A DNA stretch of 62,887 nt, filler included, from Octopus bimaculoides (Eukaryota), in assembly GCF_001194135.2 (NCBI RefSeq). It is 8 parts of 8 records of this genome, joined end to end, with 100 filler letters (N's around TTAATTAATTAA, not from the genome) between each part and the next. Parts side by side here need not be neighbours in the genome. Positions count along the whole stretch, not along the records: positions 28,750 to 42,835 come from NC_068982.1; positions 42,936 to 46,025 come from NC_068983.1; positions 46,126 to 51,103 come from NC_068999.1; 5 more parts are not named here. The stretch is one strand, 5' to 3'. The translations under genes and the position numbers were made by a program. Within the stretch, counting starts at the first letter, position 1, and every line of letters starts with the position of its first letter. Below are positions 39,175 through 49,194 of this stretch, piece by piece. Under the pieces are notes generated by a model, which had not been told where the DNA came from, ran no database searches, and was given only the letters and a program-made list of their open reading frames with translations.

Positions 39175-39272
39175 ACTCTGATGAAAATGACAATGCATAA
39201 ATTTAATTATAATTACTATGGTTATAACTTTTTTCTCACTTATTTGTATTGTCCTTTGAAACGCGCGTATGT
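39175..39272 (+). ncRNA. minimal type I hammerhead ribozyme motif
   Basis: CTGATGA (39178-84), long helix II AAA-GACAAT.../...ATTGTC-TTT, GAAA (39258-61), palindromic ACGCGCGT helix III, GUA site (predicted cut after A39269). Confidence 0.78.
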
Positions 39273-39535
39273 ATTGTATCCTGTTTTGTATTAAATTTAA
39301 TTTTGATTCAACACCTTTTTCTCTTCCATTTTTCTATAATTGTTTATGGTATTTTTTATACCTATAACGATATTTTTCAACTGCTCTTTTCATATTTCTA
39401 TTACTTGCTCCGGCTGTTTTTTTTATGAATATGATGAATCTTTATTAGAAATCATTCTTCTCTGTTTTTGGACCTCTCAATAAGTTTGAATTATTCTCTT
39501 TTGAACGTATTTTTTCCTACATACATACATACATG

Positions 39536-39566
<31 letters not shown>

Positions 39567-39639
39567 GCATGCATACATACATACATATACGTACATACAT
39601 ACATACATACATACATACATACATACATAAGATGAGATA

Positions 39640-40629
39640 AAGGAGGTAAAAGCTCGAGAACAGTGAAGACAGCCTTAGGCTGTCTACTAGTCTCTCCCAG
39701 TCAGCAATTGTTAAACAACAGCATCAAAAACATATACATTAAGTTAGTGCTGAAAAGTGAAGAGAACAATATGTCGGTAGTGCGTTCCTCAAGAAACACT
39801 CTTTCTGATTACCTCCCCTACAACCCACAAAACAGCCGGACTAACATACTTCAAAGAAAACCTGGTTGTGAAACGCTCAGTATACCATAAAAAGACTATA
39901 CATGGGTATATTTGCAGAAGACTTGACGAAGATAGTAATATCAACATCAAGTGAAGCCCCTCTTGGGCTCGTAACTGCTACATCACACCACACTTCAAAG
40001 GCTGTGCATTTGCAATCCAAGAACAGGAAATTGGTTTTAAATACTCAATAAACAAAAAAGACAGTGAGATTTTAGGAGCTCTAAGATTTAACCAAAGATG
40101 TATGCCATGTCATATTTTGGAAGACATCACATATATCATAAGCAGCTGCCCGAAAATATCGTTAAAGTACTTCCCCTCTATGCGACACGACTTTATCACA
40201 AAAACAATATACAATGTCATTCAATATCAATATCAACTCAAGGAATACTGGTGCAACATTCCCAACAAAACGTCTGTCAAGTGTAAACATAACGTGCCAG
40301 ATATTGTTGTTAGGGACAGGCAAGAAATAGTATGTACCGTCATGGAGGCCAGCTATCCTGCTGATGTGAATATCTTTTTGAAAATCAAACAGAAAGAGGT
40401 TAACTATGGATAACTGTTTCGAAACCGCCAGCTTCTATATCCAGATTACAAATTTACATTTATACCAATAATAATTTAACTTGGTTTTGTGAGTTAATGC
40501 CTAAGTGACAATCTAGATCAGCTTTGATTTTCAGAGAAAGAAATCTACCAACTAACTCGCTCATTACAAATACAATCTGTAAGTGGAACAATAAAAATAT
40601 GCAAGACTTTTCTCAAGTTTAGAATGTGA
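39640..40629 (+). mobile_element. divergent RLE-type (R4/Dong-like) LINE 3' part
   Basis: KKTIHGY...AFAIQEQEIGFKY...CMPCHILEDITYIISSCP...RHD...PDIVV..RQE...E.SYPADVN...FIPIII...SGTIKICKTFLKFRM*. Confidence 0.82.
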
Positions 40630-41749
40630 CACTTTTTGTTATCTACATTCCAGCGATGAAACTTTGTATCATTGTTAGAAACCAGCTCCTTCCTCAGAGG
40701 AATTCAAATAATTCAAAACAGAAAAGAACACACACACACACACATACATAAACACACACATACATACACACACACATACACACAAACACACATACATGCA
40801 TACGTACATATAAATTTATGCACATACATGCACGTGCACACGCACACATCTATAGATATTTATGTATTCCCTATAGCAGCAGTGAACTAGCATAATGCAG
40901 AGTAAAATGCTTAGTAGAAAAACTAATGAAATGACGCTCGAATAAGAAATAGAAAAATGTTATTATCAATTTGACAATTTCAACAACATAAAATAGTTAA
41001 ATATTTGTTATGGTTTGTTGTCATAGGGTTAGTGGGTAAGTCAATATCTGAAGGAAAAAAATTGAGTGGGACGTGAATCCCAGAGGGTTGCAGTTCTGAC
41101 GATCAAAGAAAAAAATTAGATGACATGTTTTGTGTGAACTGGGAGGTGAAACACAGAACAGACGAAGGCAGCGAAACATTCAACAATTTTAATTTGGAAG
41201 ATACAGAGTAAGTAGGCTTGACAAGTATATACTTCCTAGATGATATCCGCAAAATTACATGAAATCACTGAGAACCGTCAGAAAAGTCAAACGCATGTAT
41301 GCATCACATACACACACATACTCGAATACACACATACACTCGCATGCACCTATAAATATAAACAGTCACACAATCACATATACACATGCGTGCGCAGGCA
41401 TGAGAAATGTGTTTCTAATAGCCAGTACGTTGGATATGCTGCTCTGTCGTAAATTAAGCATGCATCCCTCGTGATATACGTGATAGTCAGGTATATTTAG
41501 TACGTGATAAATACCGTTTTAATTAAATATACGCTATGAGAGGGTTTTATATAGGGAAGTAAGGGAGAAAAGGAGAAAGAGACAGAGAGAGAAGGAGAGA
41601 GAGAGCGAGAGAGAGAGAGAGGAAAAGGAGAGAGAGCAAGGGAGAGAGAGAAAGAGAGAAATATATAAACGCATAAACTGATCGTGATACATACTCAATA
41701 CATACCTATGTAGGTAACTATCTATGCATTTACATACATGTATGTATGT

Positions 41750-41861
<112 letters not shown>

Positions 41862-41884
41862 AAACATATATGTACATAGATACG

Positions 41885-42600
41885 TAGAGAAGTTTCGGCT
41901 AGAATTGGCCCAGGCCATGACTAACTTAATAGCACCATCTGGAAAAGACATTTAACGATGTTTTATATTATAGTCATTCTTTGGGCATTCTATAGTCGAT
42001 TCGAGTAAAGAAGTATTGTTCGCAGAGATATATCTGGGTGAAAGTGGTTAATCTGTAATATTTTTGAGATATCTATTCAGGAACCGTTCGAATGTTATAA
42101 GATCTTTTTTTCTTCTCTTATGTGTCTTGGTATTACGTTAAAGAGAGTGGGGCCAGTTGAGGTGAAATTTCTCCTTAGTACTGTGATGTGACACGACATG
42201 ATTTTTGTGGAGGACGGATAGCACGGGGGACCGAGCATCGGGTTAATTCTAATGTTGATGCTAACAGTATTTGGGAATATTTTCCATTTCATACAGAATG
42301 ATATAGTGCTTACGGCGGTGTTCGAAGGAATAAAACTTGAGCATCTCGAGCCGATCCCCAAAAACAAGACCTGTCATGTTATCAATATTTTTGTTATGAT
42401 TGATTTCTGGGGTGCTTCAACTTTTGTAATCTTTTGTTTCGTGCAGGGAGACCACACAAGAAAACAGTGTTCAAGGTGGAGACGGTTGAAGGTGGAGAAG
42501 AGAAGGATAATGCTGGGAGCATCTCTAGATCGCAAAGTCTTGCGGATCCAGGAACACATCCTGTGTACCATGTCGACCGTTCTGTTCTTGTCCAGGAAAA
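41885..42600 (-). mobile_element. CR1-type LINE 3' fragment
   Basis: RMCSWIRKTLRSRDAPSIILLFSTFNRLHLEHCFLVWSPCTKQKITKVEAPQKSI, LKFYSFEHRRKHYII, TSTGPTLFNVIPRHI; tail ...ctagccgaaactt shared with 57652. Confidence 0.82.
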
Positions 42601-42835
42601 GGATATATAATACGCGAGTTTATTTAACGAATGTAGCTGCTCTTATTTTCCATGCTTCATTCAATACATGGTCTTTTTTTTTTCAAGACGTGGTATTATG
42701 CTGACTAATATTGGTTTCAAATTTTGATCCAAGGTCAACATGATACTCAGACGTCAGCGTTAACTTATAGATTGATAGTTATTCAGTATATGTATGTAGG
42801 TATGTACGTGTATATATATATATATATATATATAT

Positions 42836-42935
42836 NNNNNNNNNNNNNNNNNNNNNNNNNNNNNNNNNNNNNNNNNNNNTTAATTAATTAANNNNNNNNN
42901 NNNNNNNNNNNNNNNNNNNNNNNNNNNNNNNNNNN
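42836..42935. other. artificial scaffold-joining spacer
   Basis: 44 N + TTAATTAATTAA + 44 N. Confidence 0.97.
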
Positions 42936-43282
42936 CCCTGCTTTGTTTGTGTTTGCTTTTCTTTTCTTGCTCCTCTTCCTCCTTCCTTTCTGGGCTATTT
43001 GCCATTCCTCATTACTTTCATCTTCCGACGAAGGTTCTGAGGAATCGGAAGGGGGTAGGGGAAAATTGTGAGCGTCTGTGTGTGCTTGTGTGAGTGGTTG
43101 TGTTGCTGTTTTTGTTGGTGCTGATGGCTTGTTATTTGTGTGAGGTGTGTGTGATGTGGGGGAGGGGGAAACAGTCTTGGAATTTTCTTTCTTTTCCCCT
43201 GCTTCCTCACTTGTTGTTTTTGCAGATGCTGTTGTCTTCTCAGTTGCCAGTGTTGCTTGTATTTCTCTTGTTTTGATTGTTA
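42936..43282 (-). CDS. low-complexity coding-like fragment, possibly LINE ORF1/gag-like
   Basis: Open frame TIKTREIQATLATEK...PPSDSSEPSSEDESNEEWQIAQKGRRKRSKKRKANTNKAG (acidic patch, W, basic NLS-like run); cut by scaffold end. Confidence 0.4.
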
Positions 43283-43302
43283 GACAGATAGATAGATAGA
43301 TA

Positions 43303-43523
43303 GGCGGCGAGCTGGCAGAAACGTTAGCACGCCGGGCAAAATGCTTAGCGGTATTTCGTCTGCTGTTACATTCTAAGTTCAAATTCCCCCAAGGTCGACT
43401 TTACCTTTCATCCTTTCGGGGTTGATTAAATAAGTACCAGTTACACACTAGGGTCGATGCAATCGATTTAATCCATTTATCTGTTCACTCTGTGCTTAGC
43501 CCCTTGTGGGCAATAAAGAAATA
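43303..43523 (+). mobile_element. SINE family A, full length, inside (GATA)n
   Basis: ggcggcgagctggcagaaacgttagcacgccgggc ... gggcaataaagaaata; GATA repeats on both sides. Confidence 0.92.
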
Positions 43524-43568
43524 AGATAGACAGACAGATAGATAAATAAATAGATCGATAGACAGACT

Positions 43569-43601
<33 letters not shown>

Positions 43602-43784
43602 ATAGATGATGCTTCTTTTATTCTTTAATTTTTTAAATTGTTTTTTTTTTTGTCTCACATTTTAAAAAATCCTCTCCTTCAAACACTCACACATTGACAT
43701 CAACAGGAGCGGCCATCATTATTATTCTACATGCAGCTGATGGTGCAGAGGATTCTCTTCAGCTATTGATTGGAGATAACAGGC

Positions 43785-43950
43785 ATCGATATGGTTGGGT
43801 GGTTAATAAGTTTGCTTTACAACTATCCATGTGGTTTTGGGTTCAATCCCACCACATGGAATCTTAGGTAAGCATGTTTTACCATAGCACTGAGCCAGTC
43901 TTATGAATGTAAGTCTTATGAATGTATTTAGTAGACAGAAATTGAAAAAA
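43785..43950 (+). mobile_element. SINE family C head, diverged
   Basis: tggttgggtggttaataagtttgct...gggttcaatcccaccac (A/B boxes) ...gtagacagaaattgaaa. Confidence 0.7.
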
Positions 43951-45375
43951 CAAAAAAATGTCCTGTGCATGTGTATTAGTATACATGTGTGTGTACAAGT
44001 TTATAAGGGGGAGGGTTATGTATATTTGTGTGTATGTGTGTGTGAGTGTATGTGTGTGTGTGTGTGTGTGTGTTGACATTCCATACTAATTGTCAACAAA
44101 CATCATCAAATACGTAGTGATGTTTATTTGCAATCTGCAATGAAAACATGCCTGGACTAGAGGTAACTATTACCTTGCTTTACTTAAAAACAAGCAGAAG
44201 TTAGCAAATGGAAGAGCAAATGCATCCGTATATAGAAAATTTGCCTTGATGAATCTTGTTTGACCAATGCAGCTATAGAAAAGTAGCTGTTAAAACAACA
44301 AACGATAACAATGACAATGATGATAGGTACAATGATGTTTTTAGCATCATACCCTCCAATGGCATGAATGGTACCACTGGAATGTGTTTCCAATGAATGT
44401 TAGGATTCTATTGGTCCATAATGTAACACACTTTGTCTTTTTTTGAAATTTCATGTTATTTATGCAGTCACCACATCTAGCCAGAAGCAACTCAAACTGC
44501 AATAACCATGCAATGTCTATTCTTTCTTCTATTAACCACTTGCCGAGAAATATGTGTTCTTTGTTCTCAGCTTCAGTCTTCTTTTCACATGCACCTACAT
44601 AAATATAGATAGCAAAACCACCTGCCTACCTAGTTATACAGTGTTGGAATCAGTCACTAAAAAAACAGCATTGAACCAAAGCAAGAAAGGAAAGAAATGT
44701 TTTACAAAGAGCGAATTAGATGTCAGACTATCAGCTTTTAGGTTAGAATTTCATATTCAACTATAAACAGGTATATCACTGTGTCAGTAAATATGACAGT
44801 TAATTCTGTCGTCTAGGTTTACATATCAGTACGTGGTTTATTTACCATAGACTAGCATCATATCTAAATGTTGTGTTATTAATGACACTTAAAATTAAGG
44901 CAATCACTGCAAATGTAATCTGAGTCCAACTAATAACCCTTCCTGGCCTTCACAGTGTGATACTAATATCCACTTTTTCGATTCATTTGTTATAAACAAG
45001 TAAAGAAACCAACCAAAAAAACATACACTCCTGAAAAGAAGTGTCACTAATCTGCTTTTTATTACAGAAAATGGGAATTAAACACCAGCGCAAATATATT
45101 TCACTTACTAGATTCTACAAGGTTTTTCCAGCTGTACAATGTGAAAGCCTAATTTCCTAGTTTTTTTTTTTCCTTTTTTTCAATTAACTTTCTTGATTTT
45201 TTTTATTAGGCAATGTTACATACATACACACTTATAAGCATATATACACATATACATGTACACACACATACATGCACACACATATAAACACCCATATATA
45301 CACATACATACATACATGCATATACATGCACACAAATGTATATACATATATGTCTGAGTATATGCGCACATCATA

Positions 45376-45403
45376 GGCACAGGCATGGCTGTGTGGTAAG
45401 AAG
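45376..45403 (+). mobile_element. SINE family C head interrupted by an LTR element
   Basis: ggcacaggcatggctgtgtggtaagaag stops abruptly at the LTR start. Confidence 0.65.
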
Positions 45404-46025
45404 TGTGGTATGACGTCAGTGTCTGGGGAGGCTGACCGGAAGGGGAAACAGCGCAGAGGGAGCCTCGATCAGCGTTCGTGCCCCTTTTTGGAACGGGGCT
45501 GCGGTCAGGACAAGACGTGTTAAGCGACGGCCTAGGTTTGGGAAGGTTTGGTGTACCTTGGGTCGGGGCAAGCTTCGAGGATCGGATACCGCAAGACGGA
45601 CTCGCAGTCGAGGAAAGAAAAACCGAGGTAAGGCGATTACATCTACTCGTACGCACACACCACAAGCTATTTCGGCACCACGTGCAGAAATTCGCCGCGA
45701 TGGCAGCCACCAAGATTAGGATCACCAGCAATGTGATCAGGCCTTTTAATGGCGAAGGAGATGTGATGGCTTGGATACGAAAAATTAGGCTCGTTGCCAA
45801 GCTGCAAGGAATAAGCGATGTGGCGAGTCTCATGGCTCTGTACTTGGAAGGGAGCGCCCTGACCCTCTACCTAGAAATGGACGAGAAAGCAAGATTGAGT
45901 GCAGAGAACGTCAAACGGAGGCTGAGAGAGGCATATACGGAGAGCGAGTACGCTGCCTTCGTAAAACTAGGAACGATTAGATGGGGGGGAGAACAGGTGG
46001 ATGAATACGCGGCGGAAGTGCGAAG
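45404..46025 (+). mobile_element. Ty3/Gypsy LTR retrotransposon 5' end: 261-bp LTR (45404-45664) + gag start
   Basis: LTR bounded by TGTGGT...ACCACA; ATG at 45700: MAATKIRITSNVIRPFNGEGDVMAWIRKIRLVAKLQGISDVASLMALYLEGSALTLYLEMD...GEQVDEYAAEVR, uninterrupted up to the scaffold end. No canonical TGG PBS seen. Confidence 0.8.
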
Positions 46026-46125
46026 NNNNNNNNNNNNNNNNNNNNNNNNNNNNNNNNNNNNNNNNNNNNTTAATTAATTAANNNNNNNNNNNNNNNNNNN
46101 NNNNNNNNNNNNNNNNNNNNNNNNN
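46026..46125. other. artificial scaffold-joining spacer
   Basis: 44 N + TTAATTAATTAA + 44 N. Confidence 0.97.
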
Positions 46126-46149
46126 TATATATATGTATGTATGTATGTA

Positions 46150-46300
46150 TGTGTGTGTCTATGTTTGTGTATCTGTGTTTGTCCCCCAACATCGCTTGAC
46201 AACCGTAAACTTATGTTTACGTCCCCGTAACTTAGCGGTTCGGCAAAAGAGACCGATAGAATAAGTACTAGACTTCCAAATGACTGAAACAAGTAAAAGA
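46150..46300 (+). mobile_element. SINE family C 3' part
   Basis: gtttgtcccccaacatcgcttgacaacc...gtccccgtaacttagcggttcggcaaaagagaccgatagaataagtac...gactgaaacaagtaaaaga. Confidence 0.85.
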
Positions 46301-47408
46301 GGCCAAGAATAAACTTGTCATTGCACGAACTGACCAGCTGTAAACAGAATCTTCTTCCCTCCTCTTCCCACTGACACACCTCTCAAATACACAGGCACAC
46401 ACACACGCACGCACACAGACACACACGCACACATGCACACTACACACACACACAAAAAAAACGCACCCACACATTCTCCTACTAGACATTGAAACCAAAG
46501 ATTCTTTTTGAAAAACAACTTGTTCAAAACAATCACACTTTTGCAATTTCTTTAAAAGTCCAAGAATAAACTTATCANNNNNNNNNNNNNNNNNNNNNNN
46601 NNNNNNNNNNNNNNNNNNNNNNNNNNNNNNNNNNNNNNNNNNNNNNNNNNNNNNNNNNNNNNNNNNNNNNNNNNNNNNNNNNNNNNNNNNNNNNNNNNNN
46701 NNNNNNNNNNNNNNNNNNNNNNNNNNNNNNNNNNNNNNNNNNNNNNNNNNNNNNNNNNNNNNNNNNNNNNNNNNNNNNNNNNNNNNNNNNNNNNNNNNNN
46801 NNNNNNNNNNNNNNNNNNNNNNNNNNNNNNNNNNNNNNNNNNNNNNNNNNNNNNNNNNNNNNNNNNNNNNNNNNNNNNNNNNNNNNNNNNNNNNNNNNNN
46901 NNNNNNNNNNNNNNNNNNNNNNNNNNNNNNNNNNNNNNNNNNNNNNNNNNNNNNNNNNNNNNNNNNNNNNNNNNNNNNNNNNNNNNNNNNNNNNNNNNNN
47001 NNNNNNNNNNNNNNNNNNNNNNNNNNNNNNNNNNNNNNNNNNNNNNNNNNNNNNNNNNNNNNNNNNNNNNNNNNNNNNNNNNNNNNNNNNNNNNNNNNNN
47101 NNNNNNNNNNNNNNNNNNNNNNNNNNNNNNNNNNNNNNNNNNNNNNNNNNNNNNNNNNNNNNNNNNNNNNNNNNNNNNNNNNNNNNNNNNNNNNNNNNNN
47201 NNNNNNNNNNNNNNNNNNNNNNNNNNNNNNNNNNNNNNNNNNNNNNNNNNNNNNNNNNNNNNNNNNNNNNNNNNNNNNNNNNNNNNNNNNNNNNNNNNNN
47301 NNNNNNNNNNNNNNNNNNNNNNNNNNNNNNNNNNNNNNNNNNNNNNNNNNNNNNNNNNNNNNNNNNNNNNNNNATATATATATATATATATACATGTATA
47401 TCGTCGTC

Positions 47409-47746
47409 TTGGCACTCCGTCAGTTACGCGACGAGTTCTCCAGTAGATCCGATCAACGAGACAGCCTGCTCGTGAAATTAACGACACGTCTACCCTTGAT
47501 ATAGTTCCCAGGGGGATTCGACGTGACACAGAGTGTGACAAGGCTGGCCTTTTGAAATACAAGTACAGCAGAAACAAGAAGAAAGAGAGAAAGTTGTGGT
47601 AAAAGAGTAAAGCAGGGTTTGCCACCACCGCTTGCCAGAGCCTCGTAGAGCTTTTAGGTGTTTTCACTCAATAAACACTCACAACGTTTGTTATGGAAAT
47701 CGAAACCGTGATCCTATGACCGCGAGTACGCTGCCCTAACCACTGG
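47409..47746 (-). mobile_element. tRNA-derived SINE family B
   Basis: Minus strand cagtggttagggcagcgtactcgcggtcataggatcacggtttcgatttcc; body matches 8761-9014 plus a middle segment. Confidence 0.88.
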
Positions 47747-48135
47747 AATTTAACACACTCACCGGTAAAATTTCCACTTATTCCTTATTTTTATTTTCCT
47801 AAAATTTTGTTTGAATCTTGCAACCTTATCAATAGTCTTGACTGTCCGTTATTTACGCTGCGTTCTGCTTTTGCCTTTGTTTGTTTTTTGCGCATGTGTG
47901 TGTCTCAGTGTGTGTGTATGTATGCATGCATGTATGTGTGCATGTGTGTGTATGTATGTCTGTGTGTGTATGCATATGTATATATGTAGTTATGTGTGTG
48001 TGTTTGCATGTATTCTGCATATTCCTGTGTTTGTGTGTTTTTTATGTATCTGTGTGCATGTGTATATATGAATGTATGTACCTCTGTCTCCTTGTGTGTG
48101 CATGTCTGAGTGTGTTGTCTGAGTGTGTGCATGTC

Positions 48136-48461
48136 TAAAGGTTGTTTAAGGATGTTGAACGGAACGCCCATGTTTCCAAAGGTGAATTATCCAAATCCCA
48201 GAGAATTCCTCTCAACACATGGCTATGGTGCTGCCCCACTAATTCTGCTTGTGATCAGAGATGTACATATCGTCAACTACTAAGGGACATGCTCAACTGG
48301 TTAAGGTCAAGCAACTGACAAACAAATCTGTGGTATTGTGCAGAATATTTGCTGTAGCCTATCTTTTATACCAAGACAAAACAATGTACATGATGACACT
48401 TCCAATCAGCTAAGATCAGGAGCCATGAGAGCCACTGCCTGGTACTGAATCAGGGCATTTA
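48136..48461 (-). repeat. (TAA)n-associated dispersed repeat, partial copy 3
   Basis: Ends ...gagagccactgcctggtactgaatcagggcattta then (TTA)4. Confidence 0.9.
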
Positions 48462-48472
48462 TTATTATTATT

Positions 48473-48936
48473 AGTGAGTGAGAGAGCAGTGCATGCCATC
48501 AAAGTGGTAGAATATATGAAGCCAAGTACATCCATCATTACTACACGTCTGATAGGGGTACCCAGGCACATGCATCACAACCATATGTGCGTCAGATGGT
48601 GATTTCATATCAAGGTTAACAGCGCATGACCTTGCAGGTGGGGCCCAGTTAGAATTTTCTTCAGGTCGAGTAGCCCATTCCGCTCAAAAGGTCCCTTATT
48701 AAGGCTTGTTTAAGGGTGTTCAACGAAACACCCATGTTTCCAGGGGTGAATTATCCAGACCCCAAAGAATTCCTCTCAACATATGGCTATGATGCTCCCC
48801 CATTACTTCTGCTTGTGATCAGAGATATACATATCGTCAGCCATTAAGGGACATGCTCAACTGGTTAAGGTTAGACAACTGACAAGCAAATCTGTGGAAA
48901 TGAGCAGAATATTTGCTGTAGCCCCTCTTTTATACC
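48473..48936 (-). repeat. (TAA)n-associated dispersed repeat, partial copy 4 (tandem with copy 3)
   Basis: Starts agtgagtgagagagcagtgcatgcc immediately after (TTA)4. Confidence 0.9.
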
Positions 48937-49194
48937 CCTGATATCAGCAGCGAGGCCCGACAACATATGCTGGTTTACCCCCGCCGCATCATGCTGGTTA
49001 ATTATTATGATTGTGTTTTTTCTTTCTTCTTTCTTCAAATTTTCTTCCATTTTTTGTCGAGTGTTTTCCATACACCTAGGGCAGAGAATCTCATTGTATG
49101 CATTCCCAGTTAACACACGCAAATTCACGGGTAAAATATGTATTTAAAAAACAATAAATAAATAAATAAATTTATGAATGGATGTTGTTTTCAT

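Larger units (their letters stand above)
34081..39382 (+). mobile_element. Penelope-like element (RT C-terminal half + linker + GIY-YIG EN + 3' UTR) with inverted pseudo-LTRs, interrupted by a Dong-like LINE
   Basis: CFDIPMGA*DSAKVTGLVGIYLL...LYRDDTLF (RT), KFFKSHGLTITIE...SKHPSNIL...SLSSNEEIF (thumb), NIIWIIFPF...CSCSNPNTCEVKGNCKMKNVVYKATIT, KLRLNNHKSSF...LSKKAWQLK...CLLCIEE (EN). 34081-34294 is the reverse complement of 39168-39382. Confidence 0.92.

Noticed and set aside
44184-44393. Minus-strand ORF with AIGGYD and a hydrophobic stretch (kelch- or TM-like)
   Set aside because: The hydrophobic part comes from a decayed (GAT/AAC)n tract; no further kelch or TM context.
45376-46300. SINE head at 45376 and SINE tail at 46150 as one SINE split by the Gypsy element
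   Set aside because: A synthetic scaffold spacer (46026-46125) lies between them, so adjacency is not evidence.
46302-46577. 18-bp direct repeat ccaagaataaactt(g/a)tca as CRISPR-like or satellite unit
   Set aside because: Only two copies, the second at a gap edge; no array. No CRISPR array anywhere in the window.
47755-47840. Hammerhead-like arrangement on the minus strand (TGATAA GGTTG...CAAAC AAAA)
   Set aside because: Both conserved core boxes are altered; not supportable without a consensus.
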